Positions 9,108-18,758 of a DNA stretch of 24,954 nucleotides are shown in pieces. A program made the translations under genes and the position numbers. Location: the IMG/VR virus record IMGVR_UViG_2706794665_000003, one strand, 5' to 3'. Numbering within the stretch: position 1 is the stretch's first letter; every line of letters begins with the position of its first letter. Below the pieces are notes generated by a model. The model had not been told where the DNA came from. It worked only from the letters and a program-made list of their open reading frames with translations, and made no database searches. This DNA comes from a virus (lineage: Duplodnaviria > Heunggongvirae > Uroviricota > Caudoviricetes).

Positions 9108-9757
9108 TTGTCGGTATNNNNNNNNNNNNNNNNNNNNNNNNNNNNNNNNNNNNNNNNNNNNNNNNNNNNNNNNNNNNNNNNNNNNNNNNNNNNNNNNNNN
9201 NNNNNNNNNNNNNNNNNNNNNNNNNNNNNNNNNNNNNNNNNNNNNNNNNNNNNNNNNNNNNNNNNNNNNNNNNNNNNNNNNNNNNNNNNNNNNNNNNNNN
9301 NNNNNNNNNNNNNNNNNNNNNNNNNNNNNNNNNNNNNNNNNNNNNNNNNNNNNNNNNNNNNNNNNNNATGGTAAGCATCCCGGAACAGCGTGTAACAGTC
9401 CGTCACCCCGTGCTCAAAGCGCCGCCCGGTAAGATGTGGCACACAGCGGAACTTGTGAATCGCCCCCCGGCAGACCAGCCACCACGGCAAATCACTCTGC
9501 ACCTGCAGCCGCCGGTCGGCCTCACTCAGCCAGGGCAGACCACCGGGGTGGCTGTGGACCAGTGCCACAATCTCACCCTGCATCTCTGCCTGCAGCCAGT
9601 CTTCCGGCGACATACGGAAATACGCCTCCGGCTCACCGGAGATATTCACGCAGGGGAAATATCTTTCCCCCTCCGGCGTTCTTACCACGAAGCCGCACGA
9701 CTCCGCTGGAGCACATCGCCGGGCGTGCGCCAGAATCGCTGATTCTGTCTCTGTCAT
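9005..9757 (-). CDS. K: Tail assembly protein K (MPN/JAB plus NlpC/P60-like), central part in gap 9118..9367
   Basis: N-terminus MTETESAILAHARRCAPAESCGFVV...HSHPGG (JAMM-like HSH motif) ...DCYTLF (NlpC/P60-type Cys); C-terminus after the gap ...AFTGICNDLAAASTFV. 3' end overlaps the I start by 103 nt. True length is uncertain because of the gap. Confidence 0.85.
   Translation of the reverse strand: MTETESAILAHARRCAPAESCGFVVRTPEGERYFPCVNISGEPEAYFRMSPEDWLQAEMQGEIVALVHSHPGGLPWLSEADRRLQVQSDLPWWLVCRGAIHKFRCVPHLTGRRFEHGVTDCYTLFRDAYHXXXXXXXXXXXXXXXXXXXXXXXXXXXXXXXXXXXXXXXXXXXXXXXXXXXXXXXXXXXXXXXXXXXXXXXXXXXXXXXXXXXXTDKWQRRTHSLWRHRAWHASAFTGICNDLAAASTFV
9118..9367. other. N-run inside K
   Basis: 250 consecutive N. 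Confidence 1.
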
Positions 9758-9762
9758 GGGAT

Positions 9763-10461
9763 TTACTGCGAAAGTTTGTTAATGGAAAGGAAGCCGCCAA
9801 AGTTGCCGACGTTATTGCGAAACTTACAGCCACTCAGGCATTTGCTGCATTTATCCTTCGTGATGTCGGACGTTGGCTGGTCATATTCATCCGCGACCGC
9901 CGGACCGTGATAACCGCACTCATCGCCGCGATAGGTCCAGGTGCAGGTGTTGGCCAGCATGATACGTCCCGGAAAAACAGCGCCATCTGTTTCCGTCGGC
10001 GTGGACAGTACAAAAGAGGCACTCACCGCGCTCAGTTCGCTGCACTGCTCAATGCGCCAGCGGCTGATCACCTCCTGCTCCGGATCGGCGTCACTGTTTC
10101 CGTTGACGAAGTTCACCGCATCCAGAAAACGGGCGTAAACCTTACGCCGGACCACCGTTCCGCCGACCAGACTCTGTAGATCTTCCGCCATCCCGGTGAC
10201 CATACCGTACAGGTTAGAAACCATCAGCGTGGGGCGCGTACTGGTGCCTTTGCCATTCAGTTCAAAACCACTCCCCTGAATGGGATACGGCTGATACTGT
10301 CGCCCCTGCCAGGTGACCGGCTCACCTTTTTCGTTCTGCTCATTACAGAAAAAATAACGTTCTCCACCGACCTCTGTCAGATCGATTTCCCAGAGCACCA
10401 CGCTGGCCGACTGCTCCGCACGGGTGCATTCATTCAGTGTTTCCTGCCGGATATCCTGCAT
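9763..10461 (-). CDS. L: Minor tail protein L
   Basis: 232-aa ORF MQDIRQETLNECTRAEQSASVVLWEIDLTEVGGERYFFCNEQNEKGEPVTWQGRQYQPYPIQGSGFELNGKG... matches lambda gpL; same length as lambda L. Confidence 0.95.
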   Translation of the reverse strand: MQDIRQETLNECTRAEQSASVVLWEIDLTEVGGERYFFCNEQNEKGEPVTWQGRQYQPYPIQGSGFELNGKGTSTRPTLMVSNLYGMVTGMAEDLQSLVGGTVVRRKVYARFLDAVNFVNGNSDADPEQEVISRWRIEQCSELSAVSASFVLSTPTETDGAVFPGRIMLANTCTWTYRGDECGYHGPAVADEYDQPTSDITKDKCSKCLSGCKFRNNVGNFGGFLSINKLSQ

Positions 10462-10790
10462 CAGTTCACCACCTGTTCAAACTCTGCGCTGAACTCAACA
10501 CGCAGCATACTGACCCGCGACGACCATTTTGCGCAGGTCACCTTTATCTGCCGCCACTCATAAGGCGGCGTCCACAGAAAGGCTTTCCAGCCCCCGTGCT
10601 CTTCCAGAAACGACTCCAGTACCATGGCCTCCTCACGGGGGACAGAAAGCGTCACGCTGTACGTTTTCAGGTTGGCATTCAGCCCGGCAGGCGCTCGCTG
10701 GGAATAGCCATCACCAAAGCGCACCTTTCTTACAGAAGGGGCCGAAGCCACATCCATACCGGGTTTCACTTTCCAGCGGAAGGTTTTCAT
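10461..10790 (-). CDS. M: Minor tail protein M
   Basis: 109-aa ORF MKTFRWKVKPGMDVASAPSVRKVRFGDGYSQRAPAGLNANLKTYSV... matches lambda gpM; shares position 10461 with the L start (overlapping start/stop). Confidence 0.95.
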   Translation of the reverse strand: MKTFRWKVKPGMDVASAPSVRKVRFGDGYSQRAPAGLNANLKTYSVTLSVPREEAMVLESFLEEHGGWKAFLWTPPYEWRQIKVTCAKWSSRVSMLRVEFSAEFEQVVN

Positions 10791-13348
10791 CGTCCACCTC
10801 CGGAGAACAGGCCACCATCACGCATCTGTGTCTGAATTTCATCACGGGCACCCTTGCGGGCCATGTCATACACGGCCTTCATCATCTGTGGACCTGGCAG
10901 ACCATTCGTACCGTCGTTCTGAATCACCACGTGATTGTTCTGATTAAAATTAATGCCTTCAGCCCGCCGCATCTGCGCCGGACTTCCGGCACCGCCCACA
11001 TAACCACCTTCCGCATAGCCGCGCATCAGCCGGTAGAGATTCCCCACGCCAATCCGGCTGGTTGCCTCCTTCGTGAAGACAAATTCACCACGGTGAACAA
11101 TCCCCGCTGGCTCATATTTGCCGCCGGTTCCCGTAAATCCCCCGGTTGCAAAATGGAATTTCACCGCAGCGGCCTGAATGGCTGTACCACCTGACGCGGA
11201 TGCGCCGCCACCAACAGCCCCGCCAATGGCGCTGCCGATACTCCCGACAATCCCCACCATTGCCTGCTTAAGCAGAATTTCTGTCATCATGGACAGCACG
11301 GAGCGGGTGAAGCTGCGCCAGTTCTGTTCACTGCCGGTCAGCATCGCCGCCATATTCTGTGCAATACCATCAAAGGTCTGCGTGGCTGCACTTTTAACCT
11401 GTGACATACTGTCCGTGGCGCTCTCTTCCCACTCACTCCAGCCGGACTTCAGGCCTGCCATCCAGCTCCCGCGAAGCTGGTCTTCAGCCGCCCAGGTCTT
11501 TTTCTGCTCTGACATGACGTTATTCAGCGCCAGAGGATTATCGCCATACTGTTCCTTCAGGCGCTGTTCCGTGGCTTCCCGCGCTGCCTGCCGGTCAGTC
11601 AGCCCCCGGTTTTTCGCATCAATGGCTGCCCGTTTTGCCCGTTGCTGCTGTGCGAATTTATCCGCCTGCTGCGCCAGCGCATTCAGGTGCTCCTGATACG
11701 TAACCTTGTCACCAAGTGCAGCCAGCTGGCGTTTGTACTCCAGCGTCTCGTCTTTATGCGCCAGCAGGGATTTCTCCTGTGCGGACAGCTGGCGACGTTG
11801 TGCCGCCTCCTCCAGTACCGCGAACTGACTTTCTGCCTTCCACAAATCCCGGCGCTGCTGGCTGATTTTCTCATTCGCTCCGGCATGCTTCTCCAGCGTC
11901 CGGAGTTCTGCCTGAAGCGTCAGCAGGGCCGCATGAGCACTGTCTTCCTGACGATCGCCCGCATACACCTTCACGCCGGACTGTTTCGGCTTTTTCAGCG
12001 TCGCTTCATAATCCTTTTTCGCCGCCGCCATCAGCGTGTTGTAATCTGCCTGCAGGATTTTTCCGTCTTTCAGTGCCTTGTTCAGTTCTTCCTGACGGGC
12101 GGTATATTTCTCCAGCGGCGTCTGCAGCCGTTCGTAAGCCTTCTGCGCCTCTTCGGTATATTTCAGCCGTGACGCTTCGGTATCGCTCTGCTGCTGCGCA
12201 TTTTTGTCCTGTTGACGCTGTTGATCTACCCTCTTTTGGGCTGCATCCCGCTCCAGGCGTTTTTTTTCACGATCATCCCAGTAACGCGCCCGTGCTTCAT
12301 CGTTAACGAAATAATCATCCTTGCGCAGATTCCAGATGTCGTCTGCTTTCTTAAACGCAGCCTCTGCCTTAATCAGCATCTCCTGCGCGGTATCAGGACG
12401 ACCAATATCCAGCACCGCATCCCACATGGATTTGAATGCACGTGCAGTCCTGTCTGCCCAGGTCTCCAGCGTGCCCATGTTCTCTTTCAGGCGGCGGGTC
12501 TGGTCATCAAACCCTTTCGTTGCGGCCTCGTTCGCCGCCTGCAATGCCCCGGCTTCATCGCCGGAACGCTGCAACTGAGCAACATACGCAATCTGCTCCG
12601 CCGTCACGTTATGGAACTGGCGTGCCATCGCCGTCAGCCCCGACGTCGGGTCTGTGGTCAGCTTCCCGAAGGCTTCAGCGACCTTGTCCACCTCCACGCC
12701 GGATGCATAGGAGAAACGCGCCACACTCTGGCTGATGGACGCAATCTGAGCCTCACCGCTTACCCCCGCCTTAACCAGTGCGCTGAGTGACTCGCTGGTC
12801 TGGTTAAACGTCAGCCCTGCCGCCTGCCCGGCTCTGGACAGGACCAGCATACGATCTGCCGTCAGTCCCGCCTGATTACCGGAAAGGACCAGCGTTTTGT
12901 TGAAATCGGACAGGGTTGAGTTGCCCTGATACCAGGCATACGCCAGCGCACCGGTCGCCACCGCCAGCGAGGTGGCCCCCACCATCGGCAGGGTGATCGC
13001 GCCGGCAAGCCCCCTGAACATGGGGATCATCCCGCCGAAGGAGTCCTTAACCTGACCACCCTGTTGCAGCAGGATCAGCCAGGGATTCTGCCCCCCTGCA
13101 AGCTGCGTGGCCACGTCGGTGAACTGTGCAGGCAGCATACGCATGGCGGCTTTATACTGCCCGACGGAAATCCCCGCTTTCTGTGCAGCCAGCGCCTGTC
13201 GGCTCAGCGACTGTTCAACGACTGCCGCTGTTTTTTTCGCATCACTTTCCGTACCGGAAAAATGACGCCTGACTCTGGCCATCTGCTCGTCAAATCTGGC
13301 CGCATCCAGACTCAAATCAACGACCAGATCGCCTACCGGTTCAGCCAT
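10787..13348 (-). CDS. H: Tail tape measure protein H
   Basis: 853-aa ORF MAEPVGDLVVDLSLDAARFDEQMARVRRHF... with coiled-coil rich central region; same length as lambda gpH; 4-nt overlap with M. Confidence 0.95.
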   Translation of the reverse strand: MAEPVGDLVVDLSLDAARFDEQMARVRRHFSGTESDAKKTAAVVEQSLSRQALAAQKAGISVGQYKAAMRMLPAQFTDVATQLAGGQNPWLILLQQGGQVKDSFGGMIPMFRGLAGAITLPMVGATSLAVATGALAYAWYQGNSTLSDFNKTLVLSGNQAGLTADRMLVLSRAGQAAGLTFNQTSESLSALVKAGVSGEAQIASISQSVARFSYASGVEVDKVAEAFGKLTTDPTSGLTAMARQFHNVTAEQIAYVAQLQRSGDEAGALQAANEAATKGFDDQTRRLKENMGTLETWADRTARAFKSMWDAVLDIGRPDTAQEMLIKAEAAFKKADDIWNLRKDDYFVNDEARARYWDDREKKRLERDAAQKRVDQQRQQDKNAQQQSDTEASRLKYTEEAQKAYERLQTPLEKYTARQEELNKALKDGKILQADYNTLMAAAKKDYEATLKKPKQSGVKVYAGDRQEDSAHAALLTLQAELRTLEKHAGANEKISQQRRDLWKAESQFAVLEEAAQRRQLSAQEKSLLAHKDETLEYKRQLAALGDKVTYQEHLNALAQQADKFAQQQRAKRAAIDAKNRGLTDRQAAREATEQRLKEQYGDNPLALNNVMSEQKKTWAAEDQLRGSWMAGLKSGWSEWEESATDSMSQVKSAATQTFDGIAQNMAAMLTGSEQNWRSFTRSVLSMMTEILLKQAMVGIVGSIGSAIGGAVGGGASASGGTAIQAAAVKFHFATGGFTGTGGKYEPAGIVHRGEFVFTKEATSRIGVGNLYRLMRGYAEGGYVGGAGSPAQMRRAEGINFNQNNHVVIQNDGTNGLPGPQMMKAVYDMARKGARDEIQTQMRDGGLFSGGGR

Positions 13349-14179
13349 ACCGGACTCCTCCTGCGATCCCTTCTGATACTGTCATCAGCATTACGTCATC
13401 CTCCGTCATGTCCGCCACATCCGGGGAAGCGGGGATAACTTCATTCCCGTCCGGGCCAAAGCGGACACCTCCGGCAAGCCCTGCCGCTTTCTGCATCAGC
13501 ACATCATCTTCAGGCTCTTCGTCAGCCTCGCGCCGGTTCAGCAGACTGAAATCCAGCGGATGCATCTCCGGATCGCTGAAAAACAGGCTGAGCACGGTGT
13601 ACGTCAGCCCGGAAAAGTGCATATCCAGCAGAACATCATGAAAATAATGGGTACTGTAAAAGCGGTGCCAGTCGGCATACTCCGTGGATGACATCCCGGC
13701 AAGCATGGCGCGCCAGTCGGGTCGCCCCATCTCACGCGCCAGTTTCAGGGCAAAACTCAGCTCACCGTCGAACACTTTCCCGCAGAAACAGGCTCTGCAG
13801 GCCCGGCGTCCTCTGCCTGTTCAGGAGCATCATTCACCACAAACTCATACATACCGGACAGCCGGTACACCACGTTTTCAGCATGAGAAATTGCCTCTGT
13901 GGGCCAGGTGGTAAGCACTTCCTGCTCAATCTGTTTAACGGCTTCATTCATGGACGGCATCTGCGTCTTCTTCGGATGGTTATGCCACAGGGACATCGCA
14001 ACCACAAAAGCGCCGGTTCTGATGGCGTCTTCCACAGTAAACTTCCGGTTGCTGTCTGACTCCGCCTGTTCTGCCTGCCGTTTCATCAGGTCGAGATGCT
14101 CAATACGCTGCAGGGCTGACAGTTCAGAAAGCGTGACGGTCACACCGTTATGTTCAAATGATTCGGTTTTCAGGAACAT
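13341..14179 (-). CDS. T: Tail assembly chaperone G-T fusion, made by programmed -1 ribosomal frameshift at 13775..13781
   Basis: The -1 frame from the slippery site reads ...GK-VFDGELSFALKLAREMGRPDWRAMLAGMSSTEYADWHRFYSTHYFHDV..., the lambda gpT sequence, ending at 13341 and overlapping the H start. Confidence 0.85.
13757..14179 (-). CDS. G: Tail assembly chaperone G
   Basis: 140-aa ORF MFLKTESFEHNGVTVTLSELSALQRIEHLDLMKRQAEQAE... ending ...PVSAGKCSTVS; matches lambda gpG. Confidence 0.93.
   Translation of the reverse strand: MFLKTESFEHNGVTVTLSELSALQRIEHLDLMKRQAEQAESDSNRKFTVEDAIRTGAFVVAMSLWHNHPKKTQMPSMNEAVKQIEQEVLTTWPTEAISHAENVVYRLSGMYEFVVNDAPEQAEDAGPAEPVSAGKCSTVS
13775..13781 (-). promoter_or_regulatory. 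Slippery heptamer G GGA AAG for the G-T -1 frameshift
   Basis: Plus strand CTTTCCC at 13775..13781 = minus strand GGGAAAG, in frame with G as G-GGA-AAG, about 6 codons before the G stop. Confidence 0.85.
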
Positions 14180-14194
14180 CGCTGACTCTCCGGA

Positions 14195-14935
14195 TTAACT
14201 GGCGGTGACGTTGATTTCTGCAACCGCAGCAAACTCACCATTACCAGATACGACCGGAATGTTGACCTTGCCTGCAGCAACACCTTTCACGGTGATGGTC
14301 ATACCACTGACCGACACGGTGGCTTTTGTTTTATCCGCAGACACCGCACGGAAGCTCTTGTCGGTTGCGCCATCCGGCTGGAATGCCACGGTCAGCGTGG
14401 TGCTCTGCCCTTTCACTACGGAAGCACTGGCGGGTGTCACCGTCATGCCGGTCGTCGCCGTCACCGTGCTGCGATCTTCTGCCATCGACGGACGTCCCAC
14501 ATTGGTGACCTTCACCGTGCGGGTAATCACCTCCTTCGCCGTCACCGCCTTACCGATACTGCTGACCCAGCCACGGAACACATCGACCGTGCCGTTCGGG
14601 AAGCGGATTTTATAGGCACGGGTATCACCTTCATTAAACCACGCCAGCAGCGCCTGCTGCCCCTGCTCTCCGGGCATCCACGCCAGCGTGAAGCTGGTAT
14701 CTCCGGCAGATTTCTGCCCCTGCCCGGTCGCAGTCCAGTCTGCATCTTCATCATCGAGATAGCTGTCGTCATAGGACTCAGCGGTCAGTTCGCCGGGCGT
14801 CAGGTCTTTAACTTTTGCCAGACGCGACCAGTCAACGTCTGAAAGCGGGTTCGCATAAGGGTCACCGCTCCCCTTATAAACCCACAGGGTGGTCCCGGCA
14901 CCTTTCACCGGCATTGTAGGATTTGGTACAGGCAT
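14195..14935 (-). CDS. V: Major tail tube protein V
   Basis: [44 protein letters not shown]... matches lambda gpV (246 aa). Start chosen at the Met equivalent to the lambda start; the track ORF extends 10 codons further upstream. Confidence 0.93.
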   Translation of the reverse strand: MPVPNPTMPVKGAGTTLWVYKGSGDPYANPLSDVDWSRLAKVKDLTPGELTAESYDDSYLDDEDADWTATGQGQKSAGDTSFTLAWMPGEQGQQALLAWFNEGDTRAYKIRFPNGTVDVFRGWVSSIGKAVTAKEVITRTVKVTNVGRPSMAEDRSTVTATTGMTVTPASASVVKGQSTTLTVAFQPDGATDKSFRAVSADKTKATVSVSGMTITVKGVAAGKVNIPVVSGNGEFAAVAEINVTAS

Positions 14936-14942
14936 AGCGTCC

Positions 14943-15338
14943 TCACATTTCATAGATAATGACATAAGTCAGATCGGCTGAACTCCACAGGCCCGCATCA
15001 TCGTCGCGCCGGTAGTCATAGCCGCTGGCCACCATACTGGTGATCAAATCTGACAGTGCCGGGATATCGCTCATCACAGGATAAATCCGGGACTCCATCC
15101 ACGAATCCAGCTCTGAATCCGGCACCTGAGCAGGCAGGAAAACTTCAATATGCAGCTCCGCCTGCCAGGTATCGCTGTCCAGCTCTTCGCCCGTGTATTC
15201 AGCGCCGGTGAGATAAACGGCAATTGCCGGAAAATCTTCCTCATCAAAAACAGCGGGGCGACCATCAAAAAGCGTCGCCCCGGTGTCATGCTTCTCCAGT
15301 GCATCCAGTACGGCTGCACGGAGTTCAGTATGTTTCAT
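14943..15338 (-). CDS. U: Tail terminator protein U
   Basis: 131-aa [55 protein letters not shown]... matches lambda gpU. Confidence 0.95.
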   Translation of the reverse strand: MKHTELRAAVLDALEKHDTGATLFDGRPAVFDEEDFPAIAVYLTGAEYTGEELDSDTWQAELHIEVFLPAQVPDSELDSWMESRIYPVMSDIPALSDLITSMVASGYDYRRDDDAGLWSSADLTYVIIYEM

Positions 15339-15913
15339 CGCTTTATTACCATTCTCAGTTGATGCTGCAGCGCATAGCCCAGCTCTTTCGGAAGACGTTC
15401 ACGCCGTATCCGTTCAATATTCTGTTTAAACGCCGTGGTCAGCGGCACCGCCATCGGGATTTTCACCACATCAATGGGGTAACGGTTTTTCCCGGCCACA
15501 CGCTGCATAACATGCCACCGGCCGTTTTTCAGTTGCTGAATAAACGCGCCGGGAATACGACGGTTACCCACCACAAGCACGCTGCCGCCACCTTTCAGGG
15601 ATGAACGCTGCCCCTTTTTATGACGCCTGCGGCGGGACAGGACAACCCGCGCATTACCCAGCTTGATTACGGGCAAATCCCCCCGGTTAACTTTGATTCT
15701 GGCCTGCGGATTTTTGACCGTGGCCCTTTTCAGCCTGGCCCTTTCCTTTACCAGTTTCCGGCGTACCTTTGTCTCACGGGCAACCTGTGACGCAGACTGC
15801 GATATCGCGGATGAAGCAACGCGGTTAATGGCCATTGCGGCGGCACCGGGCACCGCCGTTTTGCTGATACGGCTGAGGTTTTCAACGGCCTGCTCAAGAC
15901 CTTTTATGGCCAT
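15335..15913 (-). CDS. Z: Tail completion protein Z
   Basis: 192-aa ORF MAIKGLEQAVENLSRISKTAVPGAAAMAINRVASSAISQSA... matches lambda gpZ; 4-nt overlap with U. Confidence 0.95.
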   Translation of the reverse strand: MAIKGLEQAVENLSRISKTAVPGAAAMAINRVASSAISQSASQVARETKVRRKLVKERARLKRATVKNPQARIKVNRGDLPVIKLGNARVVLSRRRRHKKGQRSSLKGGGSVLVVGNRRIPGAFIQQLKNGRWHVMQRVAGKNRYPIDVVKIPMAVPLTTAFKQNIERIRRERLPKELGYALQHQLRMVIKR

Positions 15914-15924
15914 ACATCCCCCTT

Positions 15925-16278
15925 TCAGCGGCGACGGTTAACGGCAGGCGGTACGCCCCGTCCAAGCCAGAGATGACAACTTCCGCCATCATCCGGCGAA
16001 ACCCGATCTACCCAGAAATTTTCCTCACCGATGGTCAGCGTGTCTCCACGCCGCAGCTGCCGCACCTCATCAGTCCGGACAAACAGGGACGGGCTGGAGC
16101 CTTCAACGCGCACGCCCTGTCCGGCATAGCTGATATTTTCAGGGTCATCAAAAACACCACGTATCACCGCACCTGACTGCTCACCGGATGTCATGGTGGC
16201 TGACGTTCCCATGTACCCGCGTATCGTTTCATCGGCGCGGGCAATGGCAGCATCGAACAGGTTATCGAAATCAGCCAC
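15925..16278 (-). CDS. FII: Head-tail connector (head completion) protein FII
   Basis: 117-aa ORF MADFDNLFDAAIARADETIRGYMGTSATMTSGEQSGAVIRGVFDDPENISYAGQGVRVEG... matches lambda gpFII. Confidence 0.95.
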   Translation of the reverse strand: MADFDNLFDAAIARADETIRGYMGTSATMTSGEQSGAVIRGVFDDPENISYAGQGVRVEGSSPSLFVRTDEVRQLRRGDTLTIGEENFWVDRVSPDDGGSCHLWLGRGVPPAVNRRR

Positions 16279-16289
16279 AGCGCCTCCCG

Positions 16290-16688
16290 TTATTGCATTC
16301 TGGCCAGGCCGCGCTCTGTCATTTCGGCTGCCACACCGGCAGAGACACGAAACGCCGTTCCCGGCAGCACAAATGCCACAGGTTTATCCCGCGTGGCGTG
16401 AAGTGCATCAGTATGCAGCGTCACCAGTGCCACGACCGTGACCAGTTCAGCCGTATCCTGAATCACGGTATCCGGCTGCGCTGATACCACCTCATTTTCA
16501 TGCCCGGTCAGCACATTTTCCCGGCTGAGAGGGGTGTCCTGACCGGCAGTTTCATCCGTGTCATCAAGCTCTTCTTCCAGCTCTGCCACACGAAGCGCCA
16601 GTTCTTCTTTCGTTCCCGTCAAACTGACATCGCGGTTCAATTGCTCACCCAGCTCCTGAAGACGGGCAATCAGTTCATCTTTCGTCAT
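16290..16688 (-). CDS. FI: DNA packaging / head assembly protein FI
   Basis: MTKDELIARLQELGEQLNRDVSLTGTKEELALRVAELEEELDDTDE... matches lambda gpFI (132 aa). Start set at the Met preceded by GGAGGAG; the track ORF extends 13 codons upstream through the E-FI hairpin. Confidence 0.92.
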   Translation of the reverse strand: MTKDELIARLQELGEQLNRDVSLTGTKEELALRVAELEEELDDTDETAGQDTPLSRENVLTGHENEVVSAQPDTVIQDTAELVTVVALVTLHTDALHATRDKPVAFVLPGTAFRVSAGVAAEMTERGLARMQ

Positions 16689-16710
16689 GAACTCCTCCAC
16701 AGAGAGAAAA

Positions 16711-16726
16711 TGGCCCCGAAGGGCCA
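16711..16726 (-). terminator. Stem-loop between E and FI (possible attenuator)
   Basis: TGGCCC-CGAA-GGGCCA, 6-bp stem with tetraloop, immediately after the E stop (16730..16732); on the minus strand followed by TTTTCTCTCTG and the FI ribosome binding site. Confidence 0.45.
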
Positions 16727-16729
16727 TGA

Positions 16730-17755
16730 TTACGCCAGTTGAACGGACACGAACTCATCAGGATCAGCCAGCAGCATCAGCGGTGCTGACTGAATCATGG
16801 TGAACTCACGCGCCGGATCGCCGGTGGTCACCCAGTTTTTCGGGTAACGGGCAGAAGCGTTAATGCCTTCGCGCTGTGCGTCCGCATCCTGAATGCAGCC
16901 ATAGGTGCGCAGACCGCGAGCCTGAGTGTTCCCCAGCACCATCGTGTTGTCCGGCAGGAAGTTCTTTTTGACGCCGTTTTCCACGTACTGTCCGGAATAC
17001 ACGACGATGGCCACATCGCCATACATTCCCTTATAGGACACCGCTTTGCCCAGGTCTTTTACCGCTGTCTCCAGCTCGGAATGAGAGCCGCGACGGGTAT
17101 CCAGCTTCTCCTTGACGGCTTTGAAGGAACGGAACAGCGCCCAGCCTTTCGGGTCAAACACGATGATATTCACCACACCGCTGGCGTTCAGCGCGTAGGC
17201 TTCGATATCGTCGGTCGGGTCATACGTGGACTTGTCACGCTTGCTCCACTCCGTGACGCCGGACTGTGTGATGTTGTTCGCCGCACTGCGGCCCATATCC
17301 ACCTCAACCGGATCGAAGGCTTCACCGGTCATGGTGTATTTGCCCTTGAGCACGGCAGAAACTGCCTGCATCTCTTCGACCTGAGCAATGGCCAGCTCTT
17401 CGTCACGCATGTTCTGCATGATGATGCGACGGCGGCGGTAAGCCGGGTCCGCCAGATTCTGCGGATCTTCATCCGGCAGGCGACGCAGGGTCATCTGCGG
17501 ATTCACCTCATGCTTGGGTTTGACATATCCCGGCGTAAATTCAGAGGTGGAGCCGCCACGGGAACGGATAACCTCACCGGAAACAATCGGCGAAACGTAC
17601 AGCGCCATGTTTACCAGTCCCGGAATTTGTGAGAGATAGACTTTCTCCGTAGTGAAGGGATAGCTCTCACGGAAAAAGAGACGCAGAAACAGCGGATCAA
17701 ACTTAAATTTCTGCTCATTTGCCGCCAGCAGCTGGGCGGTTGTGTACATCGACAT
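16730..17755 (-). CDS. E: Major capsid protein E
   Basis: MSMYTTAQLLAANEQKFKFDPLFLRLFFRESYPFTTEKVYLSQIPGLVNMALYVSPIVSGEVIRSRGG... matches lambda gpE (341 aa). Start set at the lambda-equivalent Met; the track ORF extends 9 codons upstream. Confidence 0.95.
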   Translation of the reverse strand: MSMYTTAQLLAANEQKFKFDPLFLRLFFRESYPFTTEKVYLSQIPGLVNMALYVSPIVSGEVIRSRGGSTSEFTPGYVKPKHEVNPQMTLRRLPDEDPQNLADPAYRRRRIIMQNMRDEELAIAQVEEMQAVSAVLKGKYTMTGEAFDPVEVDMGRSAANNITQSGVTEWSKRDKSTYDPTDDIEAYALNASGVVNIIVFDPKGWALFRSFKAVKEKLDTRRGSHSELETAVKDLGKAVSYKGMYGDVAIVVYSGQYVENGVKKNFLPDNTMVLGNTQARGLRTYGCIQDADAQREGINASARYPKNWVTTGDPAREFTMIQSAPLMLLADPDEFVSVQLA

Positions 17756-17810
17756 AAAAAAATCCCGTAAAAAAAGCCACACAGGCGGCCTTTAGTGATG
17801 AAGGGTAAAG

Positions 17811-18143
17811 TTAAACGATGCTGATTGCCGTTCCGGCAAACACGGTCCGTTTTTTCGTCTCGTCGCTGGCAGCCTCCGGCCAGAGCACATCCTCATAACG
17901 GAACGTGCCGGACTTGTAGAACGTCAGTGTGGTGCTGGTCTGGTCAGCAGCAACCGCAAGAATGCCAACGGCAGCACCGTCGGTGGTGCCATCCCACGCA
18001 ACCAGCTTACGGGTGGAGGTGTCCAGCATCAGCGGGGTCATTGCAGGCGCTTTCGCACTCAATCCGCCGGGCGCGGTTGCGGTATGAGCCGGGTCACTAT
18101 TGCCCAGCGGCTGGTAATGGGTAAAGGTTTCTTTGCTCGTCAT
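17811..18143 (-). CDS. D: Capsid decoration protein D
   Basis: [100 protein letters not shown]... matches lambda gpD (110 aa). Confidence 0.95.
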   Translation of the reverse strand: MTSKETFTHYQPLGNSDPAHTATAPGGLSAKAPAMTPLMLDTSTRKLVAWDGTTDGAAVGILAVAADQTSTTLTFYKSGTFRYEDVLWPEAASDETKKRTVFAGTAISIV

Positions 18144-18152
18144 AAACATCCC

Positions 18153-18758
18153 TTACACTGGTGTGTTCAGCAAATCGTTAACGGCATCAGATGCCGGGTT
18201 ACCTGCAGCCAGCGGTGCCGGTGCCCCCTGCATCAGACGATCCAGCGCAGTGTCACTGCGCGTCTGTGCACTCTGTGGTGCTGCGGCCAGAATACGGCGG
18301 GCCGTTTCCACGGTCATACCGGGGGTTTCGGCCAGCACGCGTGCCTGTTCTTCGCGTCCGTGAGCCTCCTCACAGTTGAGGATCCCCATAATGCGACTGT
18401 TTTCTGCCGCAACCGCTGCGGTGATCTGCGCGTTCACGTCCGGCTGCGCCGCGCTGGCGTTCTCGCCCTCCGTCGCTTGCACCACGCCAGTAACGTCAGC
18501 CTGCGAAGCAGTGGCTGAAACAGTTGTTGATTGAGTCTCTTTGGTCATTCGCCCTCCTGAGAGACGGGATTTACGTGCATCCAGTGCATCACGCATGACG
18601 GTGATCGCATCGGTACTGTTAACAAGTTCATCAGCCAGTCCGGCATCAATGGCCTCCTGACCGCTGTACACTGCAGCCTCGGTATCCAGCACAGCCTGCA
18701 CGGACAGGCCGGTATATGCCGACACCTTCTGTGCAAACATCCGGCGGGTTGCATCCAT
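18153..18758 (-). CDS. Nu3: Scaffolding protein Nu3, in-frame internal start within C
   Basis: Internal ATG at 18758 (MDATRRMFAQKVSAYTGLSV...), 201 codons to the shared stop, the same nested arrangement and length as lambda Nu3. Confidence 0.7.
   Translation of the reverse strand: MDATRRMFAQKVSAYTGLSVQAVLDTEAAVYSGQEAIDAGLADELVNSTDAITVMRDALDARKSRLSGGRMTKETQSTTVSATASQADVTGVVQATEGENASAAQPDVNAQITAAVAAENSRIMGILNCEEAHGREEQARVLAETPGMTVETARRILAAAPQSAQTRSDTALDRLMQGAPAPLAAGNPASDAVNDLLNTPV

Noticed and set aside
11178-12790. Several plus-strand ORFs of 170-190 aa antisense to the tape measure gene H (11178..11696, 11642..12172, 12212..12790)
   Set aside because: Antisense to a gene that matches lambda H end to end; no start context; Leu/Arg/Cys-rich nonsense composition.
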